DNA from: Candidatus Kapaibacterium sp.
GTDB taxonomy: Bacteria; Bacteroidota; Ignavibacteria; Kapaibacteriales; UBA2268
Length of the DNA stretch: 64,000 nt
Reading direction: 5' to 3'
NCBI GenBank assembly: GCA_963665665.1
Contig: OY762428.1
Coordinates: 4,256,001-4,320,000 of the forward strand
This document shows, piece after piece, positions 10,481 through 22,136 of the stretch. Below the pieces are notes generated by a model that was given only the letters and a program-made list of their open reading frames with translations, searched no databases and was not told where the DNA came from. Within the stretch, counting starts at the first letter, position 1; each line of letters opens with the position of its first letter. The translations under genes were made by a program, and so were the position numbers.

Positions 10481-13400
10481 TTAATCAACTTTAACAACTT
10501 TGAAGTTCCAGTTTTCAATTCCATTGCTGATATTTATAAAATATGTTCCTGATGCATTAGCGTTTAGATTAATTGTTTCGTTAAAATCAGAACTTGATAT
10601 CTGTTTTGAGAGAATGCTGATTCCTCTTAAATCACTAATGTTTATTGTAAGAACTGAATTTTCCCAACCTCGCCCTGTAAGGATAAATTCCGCATCGCTA
10701 ACAAATTTGTTAATTCTTATATTAGCGTTTTCGAAGTTGATTTCCTCCACACTGCTGATAACGTTGAAAGGATCTGACATTGTGGAACATCCGGCTTCGT
10801 TGAAAATATCAACAGAGTAATTACCCGTTTCGTCAATTTCAAGGCGTTTTTCATCTTCGCCACTCATTTTTTCTCCGTCTTTATACCACTGATAGTCAGG
10901 TGCTAACTGGTCGCAAGTTAATTCAGTACCGCTAAGCCTTGTTATTGTAGGTTTATCCGGGTTCTGTTCAACTTTTACTGTCAGTGTGTCGGATTTGAAT
11001 TCACATCCCTCGGCAGACCATGCTCTGAACCAGTAATCACCAAGTTCTGTAACTGTGATTCTTCTATCGGCATCACCAGTGGACCATTCGTATGTTTCGA
11101 AACCAATGGGTGCTGAAAGATCGAATTCAATATCTGTATATCCTTCGCAAACAGGATAATCGCCAAGTGTTTTGATCTGAGTGTCCCTGTCGGGTAAAAT
11201 TGTTACTCTGATCCCTTCAGAACTTGCTTTACATCCCTGGCCGTCATCAATTGTCAGGGAGTATAAACCGCCTTCTTTAACAATGATTCTCTTTGTTGTT
11301 TCGCCGTTGGACCATTCATAGGACGGGAAATCTGCTGCAGATTCAAGAAAAACACTGTCGCCCGGACAAACTGTCGGATTACCAATTATATTTACTACCG
11401 GAGTAGGCAGGTTGCATGTATTCAGGTCAGTTACCCAGGTTCCGCGGCCATAAGTGCCGGCGTAGAGTTTGCTGTCTTTTTCCATAATTGCAAGATCAGG
11501 AATCATAAGGTTCGGCAGTCCGTTGCCAAATAATTCCCAACTTCCGGAATTATAATCAGACATGAAAACGCCAATATCTGTTCCAATATATATCCTGTCA
11601 GGAGAATTTTTCTGATAGATAATGCTGTAAACAGCAATGTTCGGAAGATTACCTGTCAGGTTTGTCCAGTCATTTCCATCGTAATAATAAACTTTTGAAG
11701 ATTGGTTATATCCGCCGTTAGTAACCCAAAGTCTGTTAGGGTTGTTCGGGTCAACAGTAATTCCGGTAATATAATTCGTAAGGCTGCCCATATCCTCCCA
11801 GCTGTTTCCTCCGTCGGTTGTTCTGATCAATGCGCCGCCAGACGATCCATAGACATAATCAGGATTGGAAGGAGCTATTGCAACTTCAAGGAACTGCCTG
11901 TTTGTATACTCAGTCATTTTAGTCCAGTTGTTACCATAATTTGTGGATTTCCACATATTCTGAAATCCGGCCCATAAAATATTCGGAGAGGAGGGTGCTA
12001 TCATGTAGGGTGTAACCCATGCTCCGCTTTCTCCGGTTTTATCATCATTAATCATCGGACTGAAGGATTTTCCTCCGTTTGATGATTTACTAATCCCGCC
12101 ATAGTAAATTGAGGCATACATGTTATTATCGTTTAAGGGATCGATCAGGCATTTCATACCGTCACTGGCCATTACCTTGTTCCAATCTCCGTTTTTGAGC
12201 AGGCTTGTTCCATTGTCCTGGGCTCCGCCGATCACCATCTGTGAAGTTTGCTGAGAAACAGAAATATGATAGAGCTGTGTAATATCCATATTATCGGAAC
12301 CTTCAATCCAGGTACGGCCGGAATTAACACTATAATCAATACCACCGTCGTGAGCAGCATAAATTGTTCCGGTTTCAGGGTCCATCACTATGTCGTGCTG
12401 GTCTGCATGAACGTATTCTTTGTCGTAACCGCCATACCAGTGTGTTTTAAGTTCCCAGTTATTACCACCATTTTGTGTGTACCATATATTGATTCCGCCT
12501 ACCCAGATTTCTCTGTCACTCCATGGGGCTACAGCAAATGCAAGATCGTATTCTCCCTGTCCGCGGAATCACCACCATTATTGTAACCAAGAATATTGGG
12601 TGTATCCTGGTAAGTACCGATTGCATCCCAATTTTCACCTGTGTCTTCAGACTTCCAGATAGAATGGAAGTTCCTGCTCCTTGATGCTGCCAGTGCAAAA
12701 ATAGCATCAGGGTTCGAAAGAGTAGTTGAAAGAGCTATTCGGGCAGTAGAACCAATTGTATGAACTGTTTCCCAGTTTTCACCGCCGTCATAAGTTGCGT
12801 AAATCGCATTTGTTCCCCAGGTGCGTGTTGATGCATAAAGGATATCGGGGTTTTCAGGATGCATTTCCATATCGGAAAGGCTGCTTTTGTTTAAAACCTG
12901 TTCCCATGTGTCTCCGCCGTCAATAGTTTTATAAACACCATTCCAGCCGGAAACAAAGATTGTATTATCATCATCGGGGTGGATAATTACTTTCGATAAA
13001 ACCTTATTCTCATTTAGATAATAGCTAAGGCCGGTTATTTTCCAAGTGTTTCCGCCGTCTGTTGATTTAATAAGCCCTATGCTGTTAGGGGCCATACCGG
13101 ATTGAGACCCGTCCGCGTCACCGGTTGCAACAAAAACAAGGTTTTCATTGTTTGCCGAGATTGCTATATCGGAAACCCCAAGAGACAGAAATGAAGTAAA
13201 AGGTAGGTTTCTCCATGTATCGCACTGATCGTCTGAAACCCATACTCCGCCGCCGGCTGTTCCGGCCCATATTTGTTGCGGATTAGCAGGGTTTATCCTA
13301 ACGATATTCACTCTGCCAAGGCCTGAGGATTTGTATCCGCCCATTGGCGGGTCGGAAAATGGGCCGATATTGGTCCAGTCATAGGCAAGCATACTTTCAT

Positions 13401-13731
13401 TGAAATTCTGCTTGTCCATGTAATTTTTTATTCCGCGATAGATATTGATCATATCAGGATAATCTCCGTTTGGCTCTACTCTCTGCTGCCAAAGCCACTC
13501 CCACCTTTTGAATTGTTTCCAGCCACTTTTTTTATCGGCAGGCAGCTGGTCAAAAAATTTATTATATGAATCTACAGTTTCGTAGAAATTAGCATTCTTC
13601 GGTATCTGAGGTATAACAACATCGTTTTGTGCCGATGCCGGGTAAGTTAAACTGATGGTAATTATCAGAACCGCTAAAGTCAAATTGATCAAATGGATTG
13701 ATCCCGCGCGCAAATAGTTCAATTTTTCCAT
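10481..13731 (-). pseudogene. Secreted BNR/VPS10-like beta-propeller protein with Ig-like domains and T9SS C-terminal domain, split by a 1-nt frameshift near 12563
   Basis: Many SxDGGxTW repeats, WKQFKRWE motif, C-terminal SGTYFINI...KVVK. Shifting frame after GGDS restores GQGEYDLAFAVAP..IWVGGINIW, continuous with ORF 10481-12388. Confidence 0.85.
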
Positions 13732-14011
13732 GATTCCATAAAATATGTTAAAAATACATCCTTCTCAAAAAAACGGCGATATAAGAATTTTCGCTATTAA
13801 GTCCTTAGACGAAATACACTTTCTTTTCTTATTTGTTAAAGACAATTTAAAGTATTAAAAAGTTACTGATTTTTTCAAAATATTCCCCTTATTCAGTGTT
13901 TTTAATTTTCGGATTATTTCATTTCAATAAGGCATGCAATTTTTCGTCAAAATGTATTATTTTTGGAGAATCATAAACAAATTATTTGGATAATGCTAAG
14001 GAGAGATTATA

Positions 14012-15862
14012 ATGAGTGAACAAAACGTTAAGACTTTTGAGTACAAGGCAGAGATGAAACAATTGCTGCACCTGATAGTGCACTCGCTTTACAAAAACCC
14101 GGAAGTTTTTCTCAGGGAACTTGTTTCAAATGCCTCGGATGCACTTAACAAAGTACGTTTTCTCAGGTTAACTAATTCTGACATTGTCGATTCGGACGCA
14201 GAACTGAAAATCAAAATTGAAATCGATAAAGAAAAGGGCACATTTTCAATTGAAGATACCGGTATTGGCATGACCGAAGATGAGCTTGTCAATCAGATAG
14301 GTACAATAGCCAGTTCAGGAACACTTGAATTTATTCAGAAGATGAATGAAGCAAAGCAATCAATAGACGGCTCTATGATCGGCCAGTTTGGTGTCGGGTT
14401 TTATTCAGTGTTCATGGTAACTGATGAAGTTACTGTGGAAACAAGGCATGCCGAAGCCGGATCCACAGCGTTAAAGTGGACTTCAAAAGGGGAAAATTCA
14501 TTTTCAATTGAAGAATCCGACCGTACAGCACGTGGTACAAAAATTTCTTTCACTCTTAATGACGAACACAAACAGTTTGCTGAAGATTACAATGTTAAAT
14601 CAATTTTAACAAAGTATTCTAATTTCGTTGATTTTCCGCTGTTCATTGGCGATGATAAAGTAAATACTGTTCAGGCGCTCTGGCACAAAAAGAAAGACGA
14701 CCTGAAAAAAGAAGAAGTAGATGAATTCTATAAATTTATTTCAAATGATTTCCAGGAACCGCTGGACTACCTGCACCTGGCTATTGAAGGTAATATTAAC
14801 TTCAAAGCCCTTCTTTTTATTCCTCAGGTTGCCCCGCCCAACCTGTTCATGGATACACGTGAGAAAACTCTCCAGTTGTATTCCAGCAAAGTTTTTATCC
14901 AGGATGATGCGCCCGAGCTTCTGCCTGATTACCTGCGTTTTGTGAAAGGTGTTGTTGATACCGAGGACCTTCCGCTGAATGTTTCCAGGGAAGTTACCCA
15001 GTCCAGCCCGGTTATGACAAAGATCAAGAATGTAATTACAGGGAAACTCCTTACTATGTTCGAAGATTGGGCAAAGGATGATAAAGATAAATTCATGAAG
15101 TTCTACAACAATTTTGGCGCGATGTTCAAAACAGGCCTGAATTCTGACTTTACCAATAAAGAAAGGCTTACCGAGCTGCTTCGCTTTGAAACAACTAAAA
15201 CAGAAAAGGGTGATATGATTTCGCTCAGCGCTTATGTTTCCAACATGAAGTCCGGACAGGAAGAAATTTATTATCTTTCAGGCGACAGCCGTGAATCTAT
15301 TGAACGCAATCCTAACCTGGAATATTTCCGCAAAAATGATATTGAAGTTCTTCTATTATCAGATCCGGTGGATGTTTTTACAATTCCATACTTGTTTGAG
15401 TACGATAAAAAACAGTTCAAATCCATAGATAAAGCTGATATCAAACTTGATGATGACAAGGATGAAACAGATAAACTTGGCGAAGATACAAAGAAATCTC
15501 TGATTGAAGTATTCAAGGAAACTCTCGGGGATAAAGTAGAAGATGTTGTTGAATCTAAACGCCTTGTTGAATCGCCCGTTACTCTTGTTGTCGGCAAGGA
15601 AGGAATGGATCCTCAGCTTGAAAAAATGATGAGAATGATGGATCAGAAACATGCCGGATCGAAACGTATCTTAGAGATAAATACCGGCCATAAACTGATC
15701 AGAAACCTGTCCAGAATTCATATTGCTGACAGTAGCGACCCGGTTCTGAGGAAAACAATTCTTCAGCTTTTCGAGGGTGCTATGCTTATGGAAGGTCACC
15801 TTCATTCACCTAACGAATTTGTGGCAAGAATGAATGAATTGCTTGAGAAAGCAACTGATTAA
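14012..15862 (+). CDS. htpG: Molecular chaperone HtpG (Hsp90)
   Basis: VFLRELVSNASDA, DTGIGMT, GTIASSGT, IGQFGVGFYS, DLPLNVSRE. Confidence 0.97.
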   Translation: MSEQNVKTFEYKAEMKQLLHLIVHSLYKNPEVFLRELVSNASDALNKVRFLRLTNSDIVDSDAELKIKIEIDKEKGTFSIEDTGIGMTEDELVNQIGTIASSGTLEFIQKMNEAKQSIDGSMIGQFGVGFYSVFMVTDEVTVETRHAEAGSTALKWTSKGENSFSIEESDRTARGTKISFTLNDEHKQFAEDYNVKSILTKYSNFVDFPLFIGDDKVNTVQALWHKKKDDLKKEEVDEFYKFISNDFQEPLDYLHLAIEGNINFKALLFIPQVAPPNLFMDTREKTLQLYSSKVFIQDDAPELLPDYLRFVKGVVDTEDLPLNVSREVTQSSPVMTKIKNVITGKLLTMFEDWAKDDKDKFMKFYNNFGAMFKTGLNSDFTNKERLTELLRFETTKTEKGDMISLSAYVSNMKSGQEEIYYLSGDSRESIERNPNLEYFRKNDIEVLLLSDPVDVFTIPYLFEYDKKQFKSIDKADIKLDDDKDETDKLGEDTKKSLIEVFKETLGDKVEDVVESKRLVESPVTLVVGKEGMDPQLEKMMRMMDQKHAGSKRILEINTGHKLIRNLSRIHIADSSDPVLRKTILQLFEGAMLMEGHLHSPNEFVARMNELLEKATD

Positions 15863-15888
15863 TCAATGTACTTATATCTTTATTTTAT

Positions 15889-15917
15889 ACATCCGATGAC
15901 TTAAAGTCATCGGATGT
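15889..15917. repeat. REP-like palindrome, copy 1
   Basis: Perfect inverted repeat acatccgatgactt-a-aagtcatcggatgt; near-identical arms at 19223-19249. Confidence 0.7.
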
Positions 15918-16388
15918 TTAGTTTTTGGGAAAGATAAGCTGTTAATCTTTTTGTTTCTGTTTAGCTTATTTCAGAACTCCTGAATCCATGAATTTTAAAG
16001 TCCCGGTTTATGAATGTCCAGTTCATTACCCGATACCTTGCCACCATCCGCAGCGTGAAATAAATGCAGTTATTAACCCGCCCAAGGGGCAGCAACTCGA
16101 AAATTCAGAAATGGGAGTGTTTTGTATTTTGCCAATTCTTGAATAAGTGCAGGATTGCCAATCATGAAAATATTTCCTTGATCAGATATGTTCATCTGAA
16201 ATGAGTAGTTTATAGAATCGACATATAAATTTTAGTCTTTGTTTTTCAGATTCGTTTATCTTTTCTGATTAAGCGTGCATTACTGTGGTAAGTACATATA
16301 AAAAAAAGCTATTGCAACATTTAGTACCATAATGTTTGCCGGTTTCTGTTTCTTATCACAGAAACAGCTTTGATTTATCTGAAATATC

Positions 16389-17552
16389 CTATCCCTTATT
16401 AAAGAAATCGCAGACCTTTTTAAAAACTGATTCCATTTCCTCCCTAACCTGGCCTTCCCGGTCGGTATCCTCAGGGAAAGGATTTTCGTGTTTGTACTCC
16501 CTGTCGAAATCAATTTCATCAACCCTGATATTAATATCTCTGTAGGCGCCTTTCTGCGTGTTGATCACTTCGTATGAAGGAATAACACTATCCTTGCCAA
16601 GCGTAATGGCGTAGATATGATCCTCGTTTTCCTTCAGCAGTTTTTCCCTGAAAGCACGTTCCTTCTGGTAATCAAGCATTGAATAGAACACCCTGCCCTC
16701 CTGGTGCCCTTCGTTAATATAGTGGTTCAGCATCCTGTCCTTTTCAAGCATCTTATCGAAATGCTCCACAAGGAAAGAATACAGGGCGACGTTTGCTTCG
16801 CTGTCGAGTATGAACTTCGACACGGGCGAAAGGCGGTTGAAAGCGGCGCCACTGCAAAACAGGCAGACCCTGGTGTCGGTAAAATAGTGTTCCGGATTGG
16901 TCAGTTTCAGAATTTGCGCCAGGAATCCGCCAATAGAATATGCAAATATGTTAAATGTGAAATCTGCTTCGATATGTGGGTGATTGCCGTGCTTGCAATC
17001 ACTTATAAATGCAGTTACATCGTAAAAGGTTTGCAAACCCGACCATATAAAACGCTGGGGCATGGAATGCAGCCTCATGCTTATAGCGACGTTCGATAGA
17101 GTGGAATTAACAATATTTGGGAAGCGTTCCTTTCGCCTGGTGCTCAGTTTGAACATTTCGCGTTTGCTGCTCCAGTATTTGGGTGCTCGCTGCATATGAA
17201 AAGCAATTGGGAATAAAACAACCGAGGCCCCGGTTCCAAGGCACATCAACTCGGCCCAGGGCATATATTTTTTCCAGTCTTTCTCGTTAAATCCGTGAAA
17301 AAGGAAGATTACCCTCCTGTTCTTTTCAATACCCCCGGGGCTTAATACCCTGTATTTAAAGAACCTGTTTTCTTCCACGGCAATATCTTTTACCTGGACA
17401 TTGTCCTTTATCGTTCCAACGTCGGTATAGAAATGCGAGCCGTCAGAAAATTCACGATCATGAGTTTCGCAATAATATTCAGCCGCTCCGGGGAGAATTT
17501 TATATGCCTTCGACTCAAAATCGTAATCATTTATTTCAATTTTGCTATTCAT
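16389..17552 (-). CDS. DUF6051-like alpha/beta-hydrolase-fold protein
   Basis: FLFHGFNEKDWKKYMPWA...VLFPIAFHMQRAP, AYSIGG nucleophile elbow, HENPFP. Confidence 0.8.
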   Translation of the reverse strand: MNSKIEINDYDFESKAYKILPGAAEYYCETHDREFSDGSHFYTDVGTIKDNVQVKDIAVEENRFFKYRVLSPGGIEKNRRVIFLFHGFNEKDWKKYMPWAELMCLGTGASVVLFPIAFHMQRAPKYWSSKREMFKLSTRRKERFPNIVNSTLSNVAISMRLHSMPQRFIWSGLQTFYDVTAFISDCKHGNHPHIEADFTFNIFAYSIGGFLAQILKLTNPEHYFTDTRVCLFCSGAAFNRLSPVSKFILDSEANVALYSFLVEHFDKMLEKDRMLNHYINEGHQEGRVFYSMLDYQKERAFREKLLKENEDHIYAITLGKDSVIPSYEVINTQKGAYRDINIRVDEIDFDREYKHENPFPEDTDREGQVREEMESVFKKVCDFFNKG

Positions 17553-18037
17553 TTCTCTTTGAAAATAAATTTAACATCATAAACCAATGGCTAAATTTGC
17601 AAAAAATTAATTCAATTTTCAAATTATATATTTTTGAAATAATCTAAGAATTTGAAGACAAATGGACATTCGCAAATTGTTATAATTATTTGAAAAAACA
17701 ATACTATTTCCCTAATGTGTCGAATCTTATAAAGAAGTTCTCATGTAAAAAAATTACTTCGGTATTTCAAAGCACAGCTTTAATGGGTGATGAAAAAGCA
17801 TGTATAACTTCGCTATGATGGGATGGATCCCTTAATGTTTATTTTTGCCATAATTACTTTTCATACTTATTGCCAATATATAAAAAATATTTTCAACCGG
17901 GCTTATACAAAGACTGTGGCTCACTTTATTGAAGAAATTTTATATAAAAGTCAGGTCAATTTTGTTCATAATCATTGGCTTTTGAAAAATTTAGCTTAAT
18001 TTTGAAAAAAATAATTCATCACTTTACTGGAATTAAA

Positions 18038-19210
18038 TTGTCTGAAAAATTTAACATGACCGCCAAAACATTTTTCGGCCTTGAAGAAATACTGGCTGAA
18101 GAACTGAAACAACTTGGCGCGGACGATATAGAAATACTTACAAGAGCTGTGTCATTCCGCGGGAATAAAGAATTAATGTATAAGGCAAATTTGTACTGCC
18201 GCACAGCACTGCGAATACTTAAACCGGTTCACAAATTCAGGGTCAGGAATGAAAAGGACCTGTATAAAAGAACAAAAGACAAGGACTGGTCTGAGTTTTT
18301 GACGAATGATATGACTTTCGCCGTCGACAGTGCAGTTTATTCAGAACACTTCAACCATGAAAATTACGTGGCACTGAAAGTAAAAGACGCTATCGTTGAT
18401 CAGTTCCGCGCCCGTACCGGAAAAAGGCCGTCGGTAAACACTATCGAACCGGACCTGAGAATAAATGTACATATCTCGCGTGAAGATTGCATGATATCCC
18501 TGGACAGTTCCGGGTATTCTCTTCATAAACGCGGCTGGCGCGACGCTCAGGACAAAGCCCCCATTAATGAAGTTCTGGCGGCCGGAATGATAATTCTTTC
18601 CGGTTGGGACGGCAAAGCCCCATTTGTTGATCCGATGTGCGGATCGGGTACGATACTGATGGAAGCAGCGGCAATAGCTAATAGCATAGCTCCGGGAAAA
18701 ATGCGGGACTTCGGGTTCGCAAGCTGGGTCGATTTTGACGAAAAGCTTTGGAGAGATCTACAGAATGAAGCCTCCGATGCTGAAATCATTACAGACAGGA
18801 AAATTGTTGGAAGGGATAGATCCAAAAAGGCAATAAGTATTGCTAAAAACAATATTAATAACTGCGGATTTGATAAATACATCGACCTTGGCAACTGCGA
18901 GATGGAAAAGCTTGACCCACCGAGGCCGGCTGACGATGAAACCGGCATTGTTATTATGAATCCCCCTTACGGCGAAAGACTTGAAGAAAAAGATATAATT
19001 GAACTATACAAAAATATCGGCGACAACCTGAAAAAATCATTCGCAGGATATAACGCCTGGATTATCAGCTCGAACATTCCGGCGCTGAAACGCGTGGGGC
19101 TGAAAGCATCCCGAAGGATTCCGCTGTTCAACGGCCCGCTGGAATGCAGGTTTTATAAATTCGAGCTGTACAAGGGTACAAGAAAAATTAAAAAAGAAGA
19201 CAGAAAATGA
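18038..19210 (+). CDS. THUMP-domain class I SAM-dependent rRNA methyltransferase (RlmL/YpsC-like)
   Basis: AKTFFGLEE, SLDSSG.SLHKRGWR, APINEVLAA, DPMCGSGT, NPPYGERL, LFNGPLECR; start codon uncertain. Confidence 0.92.
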   Translation: MSEKFNMTAKTFFGLEEILAEELKQLGADDIEILTRAVSFRGNKELMYKANLYCRTALRILKPVHKFRVRNEKDLYKRTKDKDWSEFLTNDMTFAVDSAVYSEHFNHENYVALKVKDAIVDQFRARTGKRPSVNTIEPDLRINVHISREDCMISLDSSGYSLHKRGWRDAQDKAPINEVLAAGMIILSGWDGKAPFVDPMCGSGTILMEAAAIANSIAPGKMRDFGFASWVDFDEKLWRDLQNEASDAEIITDRKIVGRDRSKKAISIAKNNINNCGFDKYIDLGNCEMEKLDPPRPADDETGIVIMNPPYGERLEEKDIIELYKNIGDNLKKSFAGYNAWIISSNIPALKRVGLKASRRIPLFNGPLECRFYKFELYKGTRKIKKEDRK

Positions 19211-19222
19211 TATAAAACTAAT

Positions 19223-19249
19223 CATCCGATGGCTGCAGGTCATCGGATG
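19223..19249. repeat. REP-like palindrome, copy 2, between convergent genes
   Basis: catccgatggc-tgcag-gtcatcggatg, same arms as 15889-15917. Confidence 0.7.
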
Positions 19250-19265
19250 TATTATTCAAAATCTG

Positions 19266-20249
19266 TTAAAACATACCTTTAATAAACTCATCTTTCGGTA
19301 TATTACTGAAATAATCGTCAAATTCAAATTCGGATAGTTTTTCTTCAATTGCTTTGCTGTCATGCTTTGTACCGGTTAAGGCGTTTTCAATTTCGGTTAT
19401 ATCTTTTTTATTAAAGAAATCTCCGAAAATTTTGATCTTTTCAATTACTCCGGAATGAACATCCATATTGAATTCAACGTGGCCGCCGGGTGTTTTAATC
19501 TCGTGGTTGAAATTGTATTTCGGAGAGTATCCGAAATTCCAGTCCCACGTTGTATATTTTTCATCGCGAAGTTTGTTGATCTCATTTATATCAGCAGCAT
19601 TCAGTTCGTACTGTTCAGAATCATCGTACATTGCCATTATATGATCCATTATCATTTCTGTAAATTTCTCAATGCTGATCTGCTCTTTAAGGTGGCTGCT
19701 GATATTTGTTACGCGGCTTCGGACTGACTTTACAGCCTTATCCTTGAACTTAGACTCTTTTACTTTAAGGGATTGTGTCAGGTCCTTCATTTCGGATGCA
19801 AAAAGCAAAGTACCGTGATGCAGTACCCTGTTCCGGACAACGTGCTCTGCATTCCCTGAAAACTTCCTGCCGTCAATTGTCAGGTCGTTCCTGCCTTCAA
19901 ATTTCGATTCAATTTCCAATTTGGTCAGAACATCCTGAATAGGCAGAGTATATTTTTTAAAATCAACAAGCTTTCCTTCTTTTCCATTCATAATAAATGT
20001 AAAGTTCAGGTTGCCGAGATCATGGAAAACAGCTCCGCCTCCCGAAAGCCTTCTTACTACGGGAATTTCATTTTCCTGAACATAGTCCAGATTGATTTCC
20101 GAAAGAGTATTTTGGTGCTTGCCAACAATTACGGCAGATTTATTACGCCAAAGCATGAAAATATTTCTATCTGCAAAATTTTTAAAGAAGTATTCCTCAG
20201 TTGCCATATTGAAATATGGTTCAGTACTTTTGTTATAAATACAAAGCAT
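19266..20249 (-). CDS. lplA: Lipoate-protein ligase A
   Basis: PYFNMATEEY, VGKHQN, VVRRLSGGGAVFHDLGN, GRNDL..DGRKFSGNA, HHGTLL, SVRSRVTNI, WDWNFG. Confidence 0.95.
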   Translation of the reverse strand: MLCIYNKSTEPYFNMATEEYFFKNFADRNIFMLWRNKSAVIVGKHQNTLSEINLDYVQENEIPVVRRLSGGGAVFHDLGNLNFTFIMNGKEGKLVDFKKYTLPIQDVLTKLEIESKFEGRNDLTIDGRKFSGNAEHVVRNRVLHHGTLLFASEMKDLTQSLKVKESKFKDKAVKSVRSRVTNISSHLKEQISIEKFTEMIMDHIMAMYDDSEQYELNAADINEINKLRDEKYTTWDWNFGYSPKYNFNHEIKTPGGHVEFNMDVHSGVIEKIKIFGDFFNKKDITEIENALTGTKHDSKAIEEKLSEFEFDDYFSNIPKDEFIKGMF

Positions 20250-20312
20250 AATATTCCTGATTAATTAATTTCAAATTTACTATTTCCTTTGACGTTTTAT
20301 GTCCTTACTTTA

Positions 20313-22136
20313 TTATCTGTACATCTTGTCAATGAAATCAGCGTAATTTTTCTCTACTACGTGCCTGCGAATACTCATTTTAGGGCTAAGTTCACCATTT
20401 TCTATTGAAAAAGATTTCGAAAGCATGGCAAATTTCCTAACCCTTTCAAATTTTGCCAGGTCTTTTTGCAGATAATCAATTTCTTTTTTCATGTGGCGAA
20501 TTACTTTATCATTTGATATCAACTCGGACTCGTTGCTGAACTCGATTCCGAGTTCTTCGGCCAGCGATACAAGCTGCGTAAAATCAGGGGTGATTAATGC
20601 CGTGCAATACTCACGTCTGTCCCCAATAAGCATAACCTGCTCAATAAACCTGCATTGGGCCAAAAGGTTCTCTATTGGCTGCGGGGCAATATTCTTACCG
20701 CCCGAATTTACAAAAATATTCTTCTTACGATCGGTGATCTTAATGTTTTTCTTTTTTGTAATTTGTCCTATATCACCTGTGTAAAGCCAGCCTTCAGAAT
20801 CAATTGTGCCTTCGGTAGCAAGTTTGTCATCCCAGTACCCCTTCATAATGTTTGGCCCGCGAGCGAGTATCTCACCATCCTCAGCAATTTTTACCTCAAT
20901 ATTTGGCAGGGGCATACCAACTGTACCAATTTCAATATTGTCAGGTTGGTTTACAGCAATTACCGGAGATGACTCTGTTAGTCCGTAACCTTCTAAAACA
21001 ATTATATCCATTGCGAGGAAAAACTCGGCAACTTCGGGAGCAAGGGCTGCCCCGCCGGAAATGAAATATCTTAATTTACCGCCTGTCTTTTCTTTTATCT
21101 TCGAAAAAACAAGTTTATCGGCAAGGCTGAACTGAGTTCTTAAGAATAAAGGATTTTTTCCTTTATTTTTTGCTTCAAGATATTTTTTTCCCGTATCAAG
21201 AGCCCAGTTGAAAACTTTCTTTTTGGCAGCGCTTTCTTTTTCAATACTTATAAGGATTTTTTTCCTGATTGTTTCAAGGAGTTTTGGAACTGTAGTTAAT
21301 ATTGTAGGCTTTATCTCGATGATATTGGATGCAACGGTTTCCACAGCCTCGGCTATTGCAATTGTAGAACCCTGAGACATCCCGCCATAGTAAGCGCTGG
21401 TTCTTTCATAAGAATGGCAAAGCGGAAGGAATGACAGAAAAGTATCTGAGGTATTAAAATGAATTACCTGAATAAAACCGTCAATATTCGAGACAACATT
21501 CTTATGGGTGAGAACCACACCTTTGGGATCGCCTGTTGTGCCCGATGTATAAATTATTGTTAAAACATCATTTTCAGTTATCTTGCTGTATTGTTTTTTA
21601 AGTATCTTACGCCGCTCTTCAATATTCTTCAACGATTTTCCACGGTCAATTATCTCTTTCATAGACTTAACAGAAACATCCTGATGATCGTACTCATCAT
21701 TCATGACGATTACATGCCTTAGTGCAGGAAGGTTTTCTTTAAATTCCATTACTTTTGACAACTGAAAGTTATTTGAAACAATAATTGCAGTAACAGCCGA
21801 ATTAGAAAATATATATTCCTCCTGCTTTGAGGTATGAGTAGGGAAAATCGGAACATCAATAGCTCCGAGCGTAATACATCCAAGGTCGGCTATCATCCAT
21901 TCAAGCCTGTTTTCAGAAACAATGCCGATGCGGTCATTCCTGCGAATTCCGAGTTCCATAAGCCCTAAAGCAAAGCACTCCACCAAATTCCTTAATTCAT
22001 CGTGAGTAAGGCTGATGAAAGCTTCAGAACCGGCAGGTTTGTGTTTCAAAGCAACTTGGGATGTCCCTTTGTGCTTATCAGCAACGGTATAGAACATTTC
22101 AGCAATGGTAGAAAAATCAACTTTTACATTCTTCAT
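20313..22136 (-). CDS. Long-chain fatty acid-CoA ligase (AMP-dependent synthetase)
   Basis: IYTSGTTGDPKGV, LPLCHSYER, EGYGLTESSP, GWLYTGDIG, DRKK...GGKNIAPQ. Confidence 0.93.
   Translation of the reverse strand: MKNVKVDFSTIAEMFYTVADKHKGTSQVALKHKPAGSEAFISLTHDELRNLVECFALGLMELGIRRNDRIGIVSENRLEWMIADLGCITLGAIDVPIFPTHTSKQEEYIFSNSAVTAIIVSNNFQLSKVMEFKENLPALRHVIVMNDEYDHQDVSVKSMKEIIDRGKSLKNIEERRKILKKQYSKITENDVLTIIYTSGTTGDPKGVVLTHKNVVSNIDGFIQVIHFNTSDTFLSFLPLCHSYERTSAYYGGMSQGSTIAIAEAVETVASNIIEIKPTILTTVPKLLETIRKKILISIEKESAAKKKVFNWALDTGKKYLEAKNKGKNPLFLRTQFSLADKLVFSKIKEKTGGKLRYFISGGAALAPEVAEFFLAMDIIVLEGYGLTESSPVIAVNQPDNIEIGTVGMPLPNIEVKIAEDGEILARGPNIMKGYWDDKLATEGTIDSEGWLYTGDIGQITKKKNIKITDRKKNIFVNSGGKNIAPQPIENLLAQCRFIEQVMLIGDRREYCTALITPDFTQLVSLAEELGIEFSNESELISNDKVIRHMKKEIDYLQKDLAKFERVRKFAMLSKSFSIENGELSPKMSIRRHVVEKNYADFIDKMYR

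Noticed and set aside
13732-14011. CIRCE or sigma54 site upstream of htpG
   Set aside because: No match to either consensus with correct spacing
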